Shown here: in pieces, positions 19,106 through 29,613 of the stretch
Position numbering within the stretch: position 1 is the stretch's first letter
Layout of the letters: each line of letters starts with the position of its first letter
Assembly (NCBI GenBank): GCA_038256975.1
Contig: JBBSJU010000003.1
Span: forward strand, 4,807 to 68,806
Origin: Minisyncoccia bacterium
GTDB taxonomy: Bacteria; Patescibacteriota; Minisyncoccia; Phycocordibacterales; UBA5272
Direction: 5' to 3'
Length of the DNA: 64,000 bases
Made by a program: the position numbers and the translations under genes
The notes under the pieces: generated by a model
Database searches by the model: none
What the model was told of the DNA's origin: nothing
What the model saw: only the letters and a program-made list of their open reading frames with translations

Positions 19106-19933
19106 CTAAACACCACTGTTAGGATTGTTTCGTGCAGAAGAAAGACAAGACTGTAATTCTGTAGTCTGTGTAAACCCACACTCTCCGTTTATTTGGCGTT
19201 CACAACGCGCTGTTTGAAAACAGGCATATTCAGCCCTGTATTCACACGTTGTCATAACGTCTACATCAGAACAAATCTGTCCACTACATCCCGTGCGTCG
19301 GCACTCCTTCTGTCCAGGAGGCGTAAGTAATCCGCTACCAGTATTAGTTTCTTCAAAACGCACCGGTACCCATAAGACACTATTTTTCTTTACATCTCCT
19401 GTAGGGTTTGCTTTGTTAAAAACAAGATAGCCGGTTTTTGTCGCAGGGTCACCATAGGTAATAGTCCCTAAAAAAGACACAAACGCAGTTGAGTTTGTTG
19501 CCCCACTAGCACGAATCGTAAACGCCCCTATTTTTTCTTCTCGTTCATTCCGAACCTCTCCAGAAGCGATACCTTGAGAAAACCATGTTCCTCGTGCAAG
19601 CCCTTCGATTTGTAAACCACTTCGTACGCTACTACCAGAGGTTGGCTCAACGAGTCGAATGTCTTTGTTTGAAAAGCGTGCATTTGTTGCAATACTAGAA
19701 GTTGCTTGTCCATCTGAAAAACGATCACTACAACCTCCGCCTAAAAGTCCACACTTAGGAATACCTAAGAAATCACGCACGATAATTTCCCCGAGTGTTC
19801 TTTTTTTAGTAGCATTATTTTCAGCAATACTGTCAGCAGCTTTTTGAGATGAAGGGAAAACAAGCCATGCAAACAGCGCGATGACAAGAAACCCTATTGC
19901 AAGGAGAGCTATTTTTTTAAGTACGTCAAGCAT
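19106..19933 (-). CDS. secreted protein with a C-terminal 10-cysteine domain, function unknown
   Basis: Signal/TM at the N-terminus. C-terminal ~110 aa contains 10 Cys (CGLLGGGCSD...CRRTGCSGQICSD...CEYRAEYACFQTARCERQINGECGF...SC). Confidence 0.5.
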   Translation of the reverse strand: MLDVLKKIALLAIGFLVIALFAWLVFPSSQKAADSIAENNATKKRTLGEIIVRDFLGIPKCGLLGGGCSDRFSDGQATSSIATNARFSNKDIRLVEPTSGSSVRSGLQIEGLARGTWFSQGIASGEVRNEREEKIGAFTIRASGATNSTAFVSFLGTITYGDPATKTGYLVFNKANPTGDVKKNSVLWVPVRFEETNTGSGLLTPPGQKECRRTGCSGQICSDVDVMTTCEYRAEYACFQTARCERQINGECGFTQTTELQSCLSSARNNPNSGV

Positions 19934-19937
19934 ATAT

Positions 19938-20912
19938 CTATCTTACAATACTTTTTTGATTTTGAGCATACAAATCATTTTGGTACTTTGTAACCGTATC
20001 AAGTATTTTTTCCATATCAGCAAAATTATCTTTTGACTGCAAAACAACAGCAACGAACGTATTGCCTCTTATATCTTGAAAAAGCACAGCCAGGTGTTTG
20101 CGCTCCGCATCTGAAGTTCCTGTTTTTGCGCCCAAAAGAGTATACCCGTGTGCAAAACGGTCTATAAGTTTATTTGTCGAATAAGCAGTAAATGTGTGCA
20201 TGCCCGTAATATCCGAAACAAGCACGGCGGGCATAGTAGTAACTTTCAAAAGTTCTGGTGAAGTTTTATACAAATTCACGATAAGGTGCGCTATGTCATT
20301 CGGTGTAGAAGTGTTTTCAACCCATGTATCAGAAAGAATTCGTTCAGTTCCATCTGCTGAGTATAGTTTTGTATCAGAAAGAGAAAAAGCGACAGCTGCC
20401 ATATTCATGTTTTGAACGAATGCTCGCTCCCCTACTGATGACGCAAGGACTCTAGCAGCATCGTTATTAGACTCAACAAGTACTGCCTCAAGGAGCTCTT
20501 TCAAAGAATACACATCTCCAACCGTAAACTTATTGGATGGCCACGGGCCAGAAATTGCCCAATTTGTGATAGTAAACGTATCTGTTAATCGTCGATTTCG
20601 TGTCGCAACATACGCCGTCATTAATTTTGAAATACTCGCAATTGGAAGTTTTTGATATTCATTTTTAGTATAAAGAGGTGTTATCGTACCTGAAGTAAGG
20701 TCAACCGTACCAACATACAAACCAACTGCTTGCACGGGAATTTCCGGGAAAGATACTGGTGGAAAAGTTTTCGTAGCATCTACAATATTTTCAACAAAAC
20801 TAAATTCTCTTTCAATATCTGCGTAATTTTCACTGTACAAAGACGCAGCACCAACAATCCCAATACTTGTTACAGAGATAGTGACCAAAGCTAAGAGAAT
20901 TTTTTGCACCAT
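19938..20912 (-). CDS. dacA: D-alanyl-D-alanine carboxypeptidase (S11, PBP5-like)
   Basis: SxxK (ASISKLMT), SxN (ESNNDAA) and KTG (GAKTGTS) motifs all present. N-terminal signal. Confidence 0.8.
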   Translation of the reverse strand: MVQKILLALVTISVTSIGIVGAASLYSENYADIEREFSFVENIVDATKTFPPVSFPEIPVQAVGLYVGTVDLTSGTITPLYTKNEYQKLPIASISKLMTAYVATRNRRLTDTFTITNWAISGPWPSNKFTVGDVYSLKELLEAVLVESNNDAARVLASSVGERAFVQNMNMAAVAFSLSDTKLYSADGTERILSDTWVENTSTPNDIAHLIVNLYKTSPELLKVTTMPAVLVSDITGMHTFTAYSTNKLIDRFAHGYTLLGAKTGTSDAERKHLAVLFQDIRGNTFVAVVLQSKDNFADMEKILDTVTKYQNDLYAQNQKSIVR

Positions 20913-20947
20913 GAGTTCTCCTTAGTATACGAAATTTTAATAGAGAA

Positions 20948-21748
20948 TCAAAGTATATTTTTCTCGCACGCTAAGAGGGTGTTTTCAAAAAGTGCTCGCA
21001 CAGTAAGTATTCCTACACCGCCCTTCGTTGGAGTAATTGAAATATCATCACGATCATACAACTCATCTGCAACATCACCATGAATCGCGCCATTTTCCTC
21101 GGCAGTACCTGCGTCAAATACGTACGCACCAGACTGAATATGTGTATTCTTGAGAAGGCTCGTGGCCCCTGTGGCAGAAATTATAACGTTATAATTATGG
21201 AGATCATCTAAACTATCTTCTTTTGTAAAAACTTTTGGCGTAAGGTTTTTCTTTAACAATTCTTTTTCAAGTGGCGCACCTACTAAACGTCCTTTTCCCA
21301 CAAGTGCAATTTTTTTATGCGAAAGGTTTGCAACATGCTTCTCAAGAAGCCAAAGGATTGCTTGTACTGTTGGCGGCACGAAATGTGCGTCTTTGGTAAG
21401 CCCATCAACATCTTTTTCTTTAGTCACTAGATTTAAGACCGTGTCTTGATTAAGTGACGGATGCAGTGGTAACTGCACAATAATTCCATGAATTTCTGGG
21501 TCATTGTTTAAAAAAGTAATTGTTGTTTCTACTTCTTCTGGATTAATATTGTAATGCACCACTTCGACACCAATTTGTTCAGAGTATTTCTTTTTCAATC
21601 GCACATATGTATCAATAACAGACGAGGAAGTAGTTTGAATGATTGCTAATCGAGGAACTATTCCTTTTTTCTCAAATAATTCAACCTGTGCCCTTTGCAC
21701 AATTTCTTGTTCGTCAGCAATTTCTTTTCCTGAAATATATTGCAACAT
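20948..21748 (-). CDS. folD: bifunctional methylenetetrahydrofolate dehydrogenase/cyclohydrolase
   Basis: LAIIQTTSSSVIDTYVRLKKK, GIIVQLPLP-like block and GKGRLVGAPL NAD(P) motif. Confidence 0.9.
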   Translation of the reverse strand: MLQYISGKEIADEQEIVQRAQVELFEKKGIVPRLAIIQTTSSSVIDTYVRLKKKYSEQIGVEVVHYNINPEEVETTITFLNNDPEIHGIIVQLPLHPSLNQDTVLNLVTKEKDVDGLTKDAHFVPPTVQAILWLLEKHVANLSHKKIALVGKGRLVGAPLEKELLKKNLTPKVFTKEDSLDDLHNYNVIISATGATSLLKNTHIQSGAYVFDAGTAEENGAIHGDVADELYDRDDISITPTKGGVGILTVRALFENTLLACEKNIL

Positions 21749-21755
21749 AGGTTAA

Positions 21756-23087
21756 TTATTTTCTAAAACTTGTCATAACAAAAGACCGTATTGCTCGCAC
21801 ATCAGCTTCTACGTTTTTTGAACCGTCAAGAATAATTCCTACTGGTCGAGCTGTTTCACCAAAAGGAATGTCAAAAACAAAAACGGCTGTTTGTCCATTT
21901 ACAGAGCTCCTTACCGAACCGCCAACAAACTGAGCGTCCCCTTTAAAAAGGTTATGGTTTTCTATTCCTGAAAATGCTGGTGCACCATAAATTCGTGTTT
22001 CAGCGGTATCAGCACTTATAGTAAGTAAGAACTTTCTATTAAAATACATGTACCGAAGTAGTTGGTAGAGGTCTGAGACAGTTGTGTTGCTTTGCCCCTC
22101 AGCTATGGTTGTTTTAGTGAATCGCGTTTTTTCCATTCCTATTGCCTTTGCTTTTGCAGTGATTAAATCAATCGTTCGAGAAGTCCCAAGTGCACGAGCA
22201 AGCACATGAACTGCTTCCTGAGATGACTCCTGCAAAAGAATGTACAGATAGTCATAAACAGTATATTTCTTGCCCGCCTCTAATCTCGGTTTTAAGGTAG
22301 AAATATTATCAGAGGGATCAACAGTAATCTTACGCTCTATATCCATATATTCAGCTGAAACAATGGCGATAAGTAAATCTTGTGCAATTGAAGCTGAAGT
22401 TTCATCTCCTGAACCTTCTGATGCAAACGTAAACCCGTCAGCAAGATCAGCAACAAGGAAATGCTCGGCTGTTATGGTGCTCGGTCCAAAAGTATATACT
22501 TTCTCAAAATTAATTACATTAGTAACATTTTCATATACAACAAGAGGTGTTCCTTGTGTAATTAAATCAAATACCTTTTTTGCATCTGCTGTTTCCAAAC
22601 GAATACACCCTCCGGAATAGTTAGTACTCACTTCTGTACCGTCCGGATAATATGGAAGGCCGTGAATAAAAAAGTTTCCTTGAAACTGCATACTCCACGG
22701 CATATAAACGTTTCCGATTGAAGAAAGATGATTTTTCTCTTTCGTTTTTATGCTATAGAGCCCTGCAGGAGTTTCCCACCACGAACCTTCTCGTCCTTTT
22801 GCTTTAATAGGTATCGAAAGTAGCGAGACGTTATCTTTGTATACGTCGAGTTGCATTGTGGTTAAATTTGCCAAAACAAACATTTGCCCACTACTTTGCA
22901 GGCGACTAATCTCTTCTTCTAGAAAATTTTTTGATGTTTCGTTTGGAACTATCTTTTGGCGCAAAGTATTTGGAAGATATCCCTCAACGTTTTGCGCAAT
23001 GGTACGAATGTTAAAAAACTGTTGGAACAAAAAGATTCCAACAACGCCAAAGGCTATTCCTAGAGAAATAAGGAGGGGCGCACGCAT
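21756..23087 (-). CDS. L,D-transpeptidase (YkuD) fused to a catalytically degenerate PBP5/S11-like domain
   Basis: YkuD catalytic motif HGLPYYPDGTEVSTNYSGGCIRL. The C-terminal half aligns to the neighbouring DacA, but SxxK becomes SIAQ, SxN becomes SSQ and KTG becomes VGG. Confidence 0.7.
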   Translation of the reverse strand: MRAPLLISLGIAFGVVGIFLFQQFFNIRTIAQNVEGYLPNTLRQKIVPNETSKNFLEEEISRLQSSGQMFVLANLTTMQLDVYKDNVSLLSIPIKAKGREGSWWETPAGLYSIKTKEKNHLSSIGNVYMPWSMQFQGNFFIHGLPYYPDGTEVSTNYSGGCIRLETADAKKVFDLITQGTPLVVYENVTNVINFEKVYTFGPSTITAEHFLVADLADGFTFASEGSGDETSASIAQDLLIAIVSAEYMDIERKITVDPSDNISTLKPRLEAGKKYTVYDYLYILLQESSQEAVHVLARALGTSRTIDLITAKAKAIGMEKTRFTKTTIAEGQSNTTVSDLYQLLRYMYFNRKFLLTISADTAETRIYGAPAFSGIENHNLFKGDAQFVGGSVRSSVNGQTAVFVFDIPFGETARPVGIILDGSKNVEADVRAIRSFVMTSFRK

Positions 23088-23185
23088 AATTTGTATCTAC
23101 TATAGCGTACTTTTTCACCTCTTCCAAAAAATCCATGTTCGTGTATACTATTTTGCATTGGGTCACCCTGTCCCCAAATAAACAC

Positions 23186-23261
23186 GGGCCCTTAGCTCAT
23201 TTGGTAGAGCACTGGTTTTGCACTCCAGAGGTGAGCGGTTCGAATCCGCTAGGGTCCACCA
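23186..23261 (+). tRNA. tRNA-Ala (anticodon TGC), CCA encoded
   Basis: Cloverleaf folds by hand. Acceptor gggccct/agggtcc carries the G3:U70 identity pair of tRNA-Ala. Anticodon loop ttTGCac. T-arm agcgg-ttcgaat-ccgct. 3' CCA present. Confidence 0.9.
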
Positions 23262-23270
23262 AACGTTAGA

Positions 23271-23297
23271 AAAAGCCAACTGCTTGGCTTTTTTAGT
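23271..23297. terminator. bidirectional rho-independent terminator
   Basis: agccaa-ctgc-ttggct stem flanked by aaaa and tttttt. Sits between the tRNA-Ala 3' end and the 3' end of the minus-strand coiled-coil gene. Confidence 0.6.
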
Positions 23298-23327
23298 TTG
23301 TGACTAAAAAACCATTCCTCTTGTTTT

Positions 23328-24491
23328 CTAAAATCGAATCCCCTGCAATTCCCCCTGCTTTTGCTGTAACTCTAGTTCAAACTTTTTGATTTCGCTTTCT
23401 ACATTTCGCTTACGCTGTTCTTTTTGTTGAAGCACAGTGGACTCGGCAGAAATATGTGAAAGCGCTTCCATCTTTTTTGATTCAAGGACCTTTTTTGCAT
23501 CTAAATCTTTTTCATATTGCGTACGCACCGCTTCTGCTGCATCACGTTGTGCCTTTTCATCAGCAAGAAGTTTTAATTCCTCTTGGTGTGCTGTATTCAA
23601 ACCAGCTTCATCACGTTTCTCAAGACTTTCATCTTGCGTAAATGCGGTCTGTGTCCGTTGAATAACATCTTTTTCCTGATCCAGTTCTCTGCGAATTTTT
23701 TCGTGTTCCTGATTGAGACGATATAGCTCCGCATCTTTGCCTTGTGTTGCCTGAAGCAACATTTGCACCTCTTTGTCCTCTTGCACGTGACTGTTATCAA
23801 TTTGTGTTTTTTCCTGCTCTTCTTTAGAAAGTGTTGTTCTTAAGAGCTGGAGTTCACGCTCTAAATCATGAATTCTTTGTTTTGTATTTTGTATCGATTT
23901 TTCAACACCGTCCCGTTCGTGCTCTCTTTTTGCAAGACTTGTTTGTTTTTGGACAAGTTCTTTCTTTTCTTTATCAACATCAGTCCTTAGTTTTTTTACA
24001 GCAGCATCAACGCGCTCAAACTCGATAGTTAAAGCTTCTTTTTTCTGTGTAGCATTCGCAAGTAGTATTTTTTTGTTTTGAGTAGAACCCTCTTCTTGTT
24101 TTTCTTTAGCTGTAAGTCCACTTAGCTTTGTCCGTAATCCTTGCAGTTTTGTTCTGATTGAATCCAATATCTGAGAAATAACAGTTACCTTTTGACCCTC
24201 TTCCGAAACTTTGCGGTCAATAATTTGTAGATCACGTGTAGCCTCTGCAACTTCCCTTTTTCTTTGTTCAAGAAGTCGTGTACCGTGTTCAGTTTCTTGT
24301 TCAAGAGTAGTTGCTTCCTGTTTTCGTCGGGCTATCTCTTGCTGTATTTTTGCAATATCTGCCTGAAGAAGTTGTTTCTTGCGACGCGCTTCCGCCTCCA
24401 CCTGCATTTTGTGTGTACGCTCAGCAACTTCTCTATCGTGTGCAGCCTGTACACTCGCAGCTTTTTTGTCAAAAGGATCAAAAGTAGACAT
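23328..24491 (-). CDS. coiled-coil protein, Glu/Lys/Gln/Arg-rich, function unknown
   Basis: 387-aa ORF predicted to be almost entirely helical coiled-coil (repetitive EKxxLxQ patterns). Confidence 0.5.
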   Translation of the reverse strand: MSTFDPFDKKAASVQAAHDREVAERTHKMQVEAEARRKKQLLQADIAKIQQEIARRKQEATTLEQETEHGTRLLEQRKREVAEATRDLQIIDRKVSEEGQKVTVISQILDSIRTKLQGLRTKLSGLTAKEKQEEGSTQNKKILLANATQKKEALTIEFERVDAAVKKLRTDVDKEKKELVQKQTSLAKREHERDGVEKSIQNTKQRIHDLERELQLLRTTLSKEEQEKTQIDNSHVQEDKEVQMLLQATQGKDAELYRLNQEHEKIRRELDQEKDVIQRTQTAFTQDESLEKRDEAGLNTAHQEELKLLADEKAQRDAAEAVRTQYEKDLDAKKVLESKKMEALSHISAESTVLQQKEQRKRNVESEIKKFELELQQKQGELQGIRF

Positions 24492-24513
24492 GAAGACATT
24501 ATCTCATGTTCTT

Positions 24514-27114
24514 TTATTTTTTAAGCATCTTTTTCAAATACTTTCCTGTTTCTGATTTTGCATTCGCAGCCACATTTTCTGGTGTACCTTTGGCAACAAG
24601 CTGTCCTCCACCCGTTCCTCCCTCAGGACCAATATCAAGCACCCAGTCTGATGACTTAATAATATCAAGATTATGCTCAATAAGAATCACTGAGTTACCT
24701 TTGTCGGCAAGACGATTTAAAATTTCAATTAGTTTTGCCACGTCATCATAATGAAGACCAATTGTGGGCTCATCAAGCAAATACATCGTCTTTTCTACAT
24801 GTGGACGATAGAGCTCTGAAGAAATCTTCACGCGCTGCGCTTCTCCACCTGAGAGGGTGTTTGCACTCTGTCCAAGCTCAAGATATCCAAGACCAACATC
24901 ATTGAGCGTCTTCAAGCGATCATGTACCGCGGGGATATCTTCAAAAAACGTGAGTCCTTCTTCTACGGTCATTGTAAGTACATCATAAATACTTTTCTTC
25001 TTGAATTTCACCTCTAGCGTTTCTTTCATGAAGCGCTTACCGCCACACACATCACACTTTACATATACAGTTGGCAAGAAGTGCATTTCTACCGCAATCT
25101 CACCATTTCCTTCGCAGGCTTCACAACGTCCGCCTTTTACATTAAAACTAAATCTTCCTGGTCCCCAGCCACGAATACGCGCTTCTTCACTTGAAGCAAA
25201 TAAATCACGCACATGTGTCCATGCACCTGTGTATGTAGCGGGGTTACTTCGCGGAGTACGTCCAATTGGAGACTGGTCTATAAGCACAGTCCGAGAAAGA
25301 TATTCTGCGCCACTAAAAGAGGTACAGTTTATGTTTTCGATAATCTTTTTACGTTTCTCAAGCCGTTCAGCAAGATTTTTGTACAAAATCTCATACATAA
25401 ACGTAGATTTTCCTGATCCAGAAACACCCGTGATGCATACAATACGTCCAAGAGGAACTTCCACCTTCATGTCTTTAATATTAAATGCATTTCCACCTTC
25501 GATGCGAATCATCCCGCGGTCAAATTCTCGACGCTTTGCAGGAACTTCTATTTTCTTTTCACCTCGCAAATAACCAAGCGTACTTGAACCTGATTCATTT
25601 TTCTTTGCAGTGAGAAGATCCTCGAGATACCCAGAAGCAACAACATTTCCACCATGCACTCCAGCGCCAGGACCAATGTCTACAAGATAGTCTGAGGCGA
25701 AAATAGTATCCTCATCGTGTTCTACGACAATAATGGTATTACCGATATCGCGAAGTTCGGTGAGAGTCTTGATCAATTTGTCATTATCACGTTGATGAAG
25801 ACCGATGGTTGGCTCGTCGAGCACATAGAGAGCTCCCACAAGTTTTGAGCCAAGCTGAGAAGCCAAACGAATACGCTGCGCCTCACCACCTGAGAGTGTG
25901 TTTGCAGTACGACTTAAATGCAAGTACTCAAGACCAACATTAAGCATGAATTGTAGCCGAGAAACAATTTCATTTACAACAACTCGAGAAATTTCTTCTT
26001 CCTGATCTGTAAGTTTAAGGTCAGTGAAAAATTCATGCGCCTCTTTAATAGTAAGGTTTGTTGCTTCTACAATGTTTATTTTTCGATGACTTTCATCTAA
26101 AAAAACATTCATTGCTTCCTTGCGTAAACGCTTACCTCCGCAATCTTCACACGGATCAAGCGACCCGAAATACTTTAGTCCAAGACCATTACACGTAGGA
26201 CACGCGCCGTACGGAGAATTGAAAGAGAAAAGACGTGGCTCTATTTCAGGAAATGAAGCGCCGCACGTACCACACATAAACTTAGAACTCATGATGTGAT
26301 TTTCGCCATTCACATGAATTTCCACTAAACCTTCAGATTCCAAAATTGCGCGTTCTACAGATTCAGAAAGGCGCACCATTGCATCTTTATTGTCTTTCCG
26401 ACGAAGCTCATCAATACCGATTTCATCTACCACAATACTAATATCGTGCTTTTTTTGTTTATCAAGGACTACTTGCTCACGAAGACTCTTCATCTCACCA
26501 TCAACAAAGGCTTTAGTGAATCCCTTTGAAAGCATGTCGTAGAGTAATTGGTAGTACTCACCTTTTCGTCCTCGAACGATTGGTGAAAGAATGGTGAGAG
26601 ATGTTTCTGAATACGCAACACCTAAAACTTCTTTAGAAACTTTTTTGAGATCAACTTTTTTAGCACGCTCAAGAATAAAGTTGATGATTTCTTCATTTGA
26701 AAGTTTCTTGATGTGCGAACCGCACTCAATACAAAATGGTTTTCCAATGCGAGCATACATCACACGCATGTAGTCGTAGATTTCAGTAATTGTCGCAACT
26801 GTTGAACGCGGATTGTTTGAGCGAGATTTTTGGTCAATAGAAATAGCAGGTGAAAGTCCAACGATTTCGTCTACATCAGGCTTTTGCATCTGATTAAGGA
26901 ATTGTCGAGCATATGAAGAAAGGGATTCAATGTAGCGTCGCTGCCCTTCGGCAAAAATAGTATCAAACGCCAAAGAAGACTTTCCTGATCCAGAAAGTCC
27001 GGTAAAAACTACCATCTTATTGCGTGGCAATTCAACGCTGATGTTCTTCAGATTGTGAGTGCGCGCACCACGAACGATAATCTTGTCACTTGGCTCAATT
27101 TTCTTTTTACTCAC
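24514..27114 (-). CDS. uvrA: excinuclease ABC subunit A
   Basis: Two ABC ATPase modules ([12 protein letters not shown] and [10 protein letters not shown] Walker A). Zn-finger cysteines. LSGGEAQR signature present twice. Confidence 0.9.
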   Translation of the reverse strand: MSKKKIEPSDKIIVRGARTHNLKNISVELPRNKMVVFTGLSGSGKSSLAFDTIFAEGQRRYIESLSSYARQFLNQMQKPDVDEIVGLSPAISIDQKSRSNNPRSTVATITEIYDYMRVMYARIGKPFCIECGSHIKKLSNEEIINFILERAKKVDLKKVSKEVLGVAYSETSLTILSPIVRGRKGEYYQLLYDMLSKGFTKAFVDGEMKSLREQVVLDKQKKHDISIVVDEIGIDELRRKDNKDAMVRLSESVERAILESEGLVEIHVNGENHIMSSKFMCGTCGASFPEIEPRLFSFNSPYGACPTCNGLGLKYFGSLDPCEDCGGKRLRKEAMNVFLDESHRKINIVEATNLTIKEAHEFFTDLKLTDQEEEISRVVVNEIVSRLQFMLNVGLEYLHLSRTANTLSGGEAQRIRLASQLGSKLVGALYVLDEPTIGLHQRDNDKLIKTLTELRDIGNTIIVVEHDEDTIFASDYLVDIGPGAGVHGGNVVASGYLEDLLTAKKNESGSSTLGYLRGEKKIEVPAKRREFDRGMIRIEGGNAFNIKDMKVEVPLGRIVCITGVSGSGKSTFMYEILYKNLAERLEKRKKIIENINCTSFSGAEYLSRTVLIDQSPIGRTPRSNPATYTGAWTHVRDLFASSEEARIRGWGPGRFSFNVKGGRCEACEGNGEIAVEMHFLPTVYVKCDVCGGKRFMKETLEVKFKKKSIYDVLTMTVEEGLTFFEDIPAVHDRLKTLNDVGLGYLELGQSANTLSGGEAQRVKISSELYRPHVEKTMYLLDEPTIGLHYDDVAKLIEILNRLADKGNSVILIEHNLDIIKSSDWVLDIGPEGGTGGGQLVAKGTPENVAANAKSETGKYLKKMLKK

Positions 27115-27218
27115 AAGTATAAATGTAACACAAAGGACGAAAACGGACGATTATTACAATAAAAAACACCCCAACGCCATCGCGTCGAGGACTTGTTTGG
27201 TAGTATTTGATCTTATGA

Positions 27219-27431
27219 TCACCGAGCTACCCTCTCAGGGTCTCTCAGGGTCACAATTCCCATTACGGTTTCGAGGTCATCGAGACCAACTTGGTCAGGA
27301 TCATCCGCCGGAAGAGTCCGACTGTCCTCATCTTGGCGAACAGTCACGTGACTCCTCTCGTCCCATCGACCTGGAAGAACCTTTTGTTTATAATCGCCGA
27401 ATCGGTTAATAGGACGCTCTTTTTTTGCCAT
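27219..27431 (-). CDS. small hypothetical protein (70 aa) in a GC-rich cassette
   Basis: Strong SD aaggagg 8 nt upstream of the ATG. ~52% GC against a ~37% background. Followed on the minus strand by a GC-rich hairpin plus tgttttttatt terminator (27150..27185). Confidence 0.4.
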   Translation of the reverse strand: MAKKERPINRFGDYKQKVLPGRWDERSHVTVRQDEDSRTLPADDPDQVGLDDLETVMGIVTLRDPERVAR

Positions 27432-27496
27432 TTCGAATCCTCCTTGGTTACAATTTATTTATAACATCAAAAATATTATACTGTCCTCAAGTAGAT

Positions 27497-29509
27497 TTAT
27501 TGCGTCATCCGCTCTTTCAAAATCTTTATTTCGTCACGCAAGATTGCTGCGGTTTCAAAATCAAGCACCTTCACCGCTTCTTTCATTTGTTTTTCTTTTA
27601 TCTTGAGGAGCTTATTTGGATTTTTATCAAAAAGTTTTCTATCGATAGCAAGCTCTCCCTGTACCGCTTTGTCGTGGACTTTACTCAACTGATTAGTAAT
27701 ATCTTTAATATTCTTTTGAATCGTCTGTGGAGTAATGCCGTGTTCCTTGTTGTAGGCAATTTGCGTATCACGACGGCGTGTTGTTTCGTTGATAGCGCGC
27801 ACCATTGACCCCGTCATATTGTCGGCATACAAAATAACCCGACCTTTGTCATTGCGCGCAGCACGTCCAATAGTTTGAATAAGTGATGTTTCGCTACGCA
27901 AAAATCCTTCTTTGTCAGCATCCAAAATACCAATAAAAGAAACTTCAGGTAAATCCAAGCCTTCACGAAGAAGGTTTACACCCACCAAACAATCAAATTC
28001 CCCTCTTCGGAACTGGGTAAGAATCTGAATACGTTCGATGGTCTTAATATCACTGTGTAAATATTCTGCTTTTATTTTCTGTTCTTTTAAGAAAACACTC
28101 AGATCTTCGGCCATTTTTTTAGTGAGGGTTGTTGCGAGGACTCGTCCACCTGTTTTTATTTCTTTTACGGCCTCGGCAATAAAATCCTGCACTTGCCCCC
28201 CGTAGGTTCCCTTCTCAAGTACTGGACGCACAGAAAGTTGCGGATCCAAAAGCCCTGTTGGACGAATGATCTGCTGAACTATTTGTTCTGAATTTTCACG
28301 CTCAAAGTTTCCCGGTGTTGCAGATACATAAATAGTTTGTCCTACTCGATTAGCAAACTCTTCATAGCGAAGCGGACGATTATCTTTTGCACTTGGAAGA
28401 CGGAAGCCGAATTCAACAAGAGTATTCTTACGAGACTGATCACCGGCATACATACCGTGTAGTTGTGGCAAAGTAACGTGACTTTCATCTATTACTGTCA
28501 AAAAGTCCGGGGTACCATCTTTTTTGTGAGGGAAATACGCAATAAGAGTATCTGGCGGTTCGCCGACTGTTTTTCCTGAGAGATGACGAGAATAGTTTTC
28601 AATTCCAGAACAAAAACCAATTTCTCGAATCATTGCTAAGTCATATGTGGTGCGACGCTTGATGCGCTCGTATTCTAGAAGCTTCCCTTCGTCTTCAAAT
28701 TTCTTCAACTGCATTTTAAGTTCTGCTTCAATTGTCTTTACTGCCCTATTTCTTGTTGGCTCATCTGAAATGAAGTGCTTTGCCGGGAAAATAAAATAAT
28801 CTTGTACATTTTCAAGGAGCTTCATGGACACTGGGTCAATCACCGCAAGTGCTGAAATAACTCCAGCTGAAAAATCAATTGAGAGCATTACCGTCTCAGA
28901 CACTGGCATGACATCAACTCGGTTTCCCACTGCACGAAACTGTCCTGGAGAAAGATCTGCATTCGTGCGTTCATAGTGGATAGCCACGAGTCGCTTCATG
29001 ATGTCTACCTTGGTGTACTTCTCACCAATCTTTAAATGAATATTTTCTCGTTCATATTCTTTTGGACTTCCCAAACCATAAATACAAGAAACGGAGGCAA
29101 CAATAATGACGTCTTTGCGTGTAAGTAACGCCTGGGTTGAGGCATGACGAAGCCGATCTATCTCTTCATTTATCATTGCATCTTTTTCAATGAAAGTGTC
29201 AGTCGCAGGCATATATGCCTCTGGCTGATAGTAGTCGTAGTAGGACACAAAATAATGCACCGCAGCATCAGGAAAAAATTCTCGGAATTCTTGGGCGAGT
29301 TGAGCGGCGAGAGTTTTATTGTGCGCAATCACAAGAGTTGGCTTCTGGATTTCTTGAATAACACTTGCAATAGTAAATGTTTTACCTGTTCCGGTAGCAC
29401 CAAGAAGGGTTTGCGTTTGCATACCCTTCTTAATTCCTTTCACAAGACCCTTTATAGCTTTTGGCTGATCGCCTGCCGGGGTAAAACCTTTGAGATTAAA
29501 ATGATTCAC
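27497..29509 (-). CDS. uvrB: excinuclease ABC subunit B
   Basis: FTPAGDQPKAI near the N-terminus. Walker A GATGTGKTF. DESH box. UvrB-UvrC interaction domain at the C-terminus. The track ORF extends to 29590 via TTG. A GTG at 29509 (MNHFNLKGF...) gives a canonical-length N-terminus. Confidence 0.85.
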   Translation of the reverse strand: MNHFNLKGFTPAGDQPKAIKGLVKGIKKGMQTQTLLGATGTGKTFTIASVIQEIQKPTLVIAHNKTLAAQLAQEFREFFPDAAVHYFVSYYDYYQPEAYMPATDTFIEKDAMINEEIDRLRHASTQALLTRKDVIIVASVSCIYGLGSPKEYERENIHLKIGEKYTKVDIMKRLVAIHYERTNADLSPGQFRAVGNRVDVMPVSETVMLSIDFSAGVISALAVIDPVSMKLLENVQDYFIFPAKHFISDEPTRNRAVKTIEAELKMQLKKFEDEGKLLEYERIKRRTTYDLAMIREIGFCSGIENYSRHLSGKTVGEPPDTLIAYFPHKKDGTPDFLTVIDESHVTLPQLHGMYAGDQSRKNTLVEFGFRLPSAKDNRPLRYEEFANRVGQTIYVSATPGNFERENSEQIVQQIIRPTGLLDPQLSVRPVLEKGTYGGQVQDFIAEAVKEIKTGGRVLATTLTKKMAEDLSVFLKEQKIKAEYLHSDIKTIERIQILTQFRRGEFDCLVGVNLLREGLDLPEVSFIGILDADKEGFLRSETSLIQTIGRAARNDKGRVILYADNMTGSMVRAINETTRRRDTQIAYNKEHGITPQTIQKNIKDITNQLSKVHDKAVQGELAIDRKLFDKNPNKLLKIKEKQMKEAVKVLDFETAAILRDEIKILKERMTQ

Positions 29510-29526
29510 ACGTAGAAGTGTACCTG

Positions 29527-29580
29527 AAAATATTAAAAATAAGAATGCGCTCCCCGACGAGCGGGGGCGCATGTTTTCTT
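29527..29580. terminator. GC-rich hairpin with flanking A/T runs immediately upstream of uvrB (putative intrinsic terminator/attenuator)
   Basis: gcgctcccc-gacgagc-gggggcgc. Preceded by aaaatattaaaaataagaat and followed by atgttttctt. Confidence 0.4.
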
Positions 29581-29613
29581 GAATGTTCAACGGAACCTCG
29601 GCAACACCGTTGC

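Noticed and set aside
29550-29600. LexA/Cheo-type SOS box upstream of uvrB
   Set aside because: The palindromes found (GTTC-N4-GAAC, TTGAA-ca-TTCAA) do not match the GAAC-N4-GTTC Cheo box or other known LexA consensus sequences. Mentioned only as an inverted repeat.
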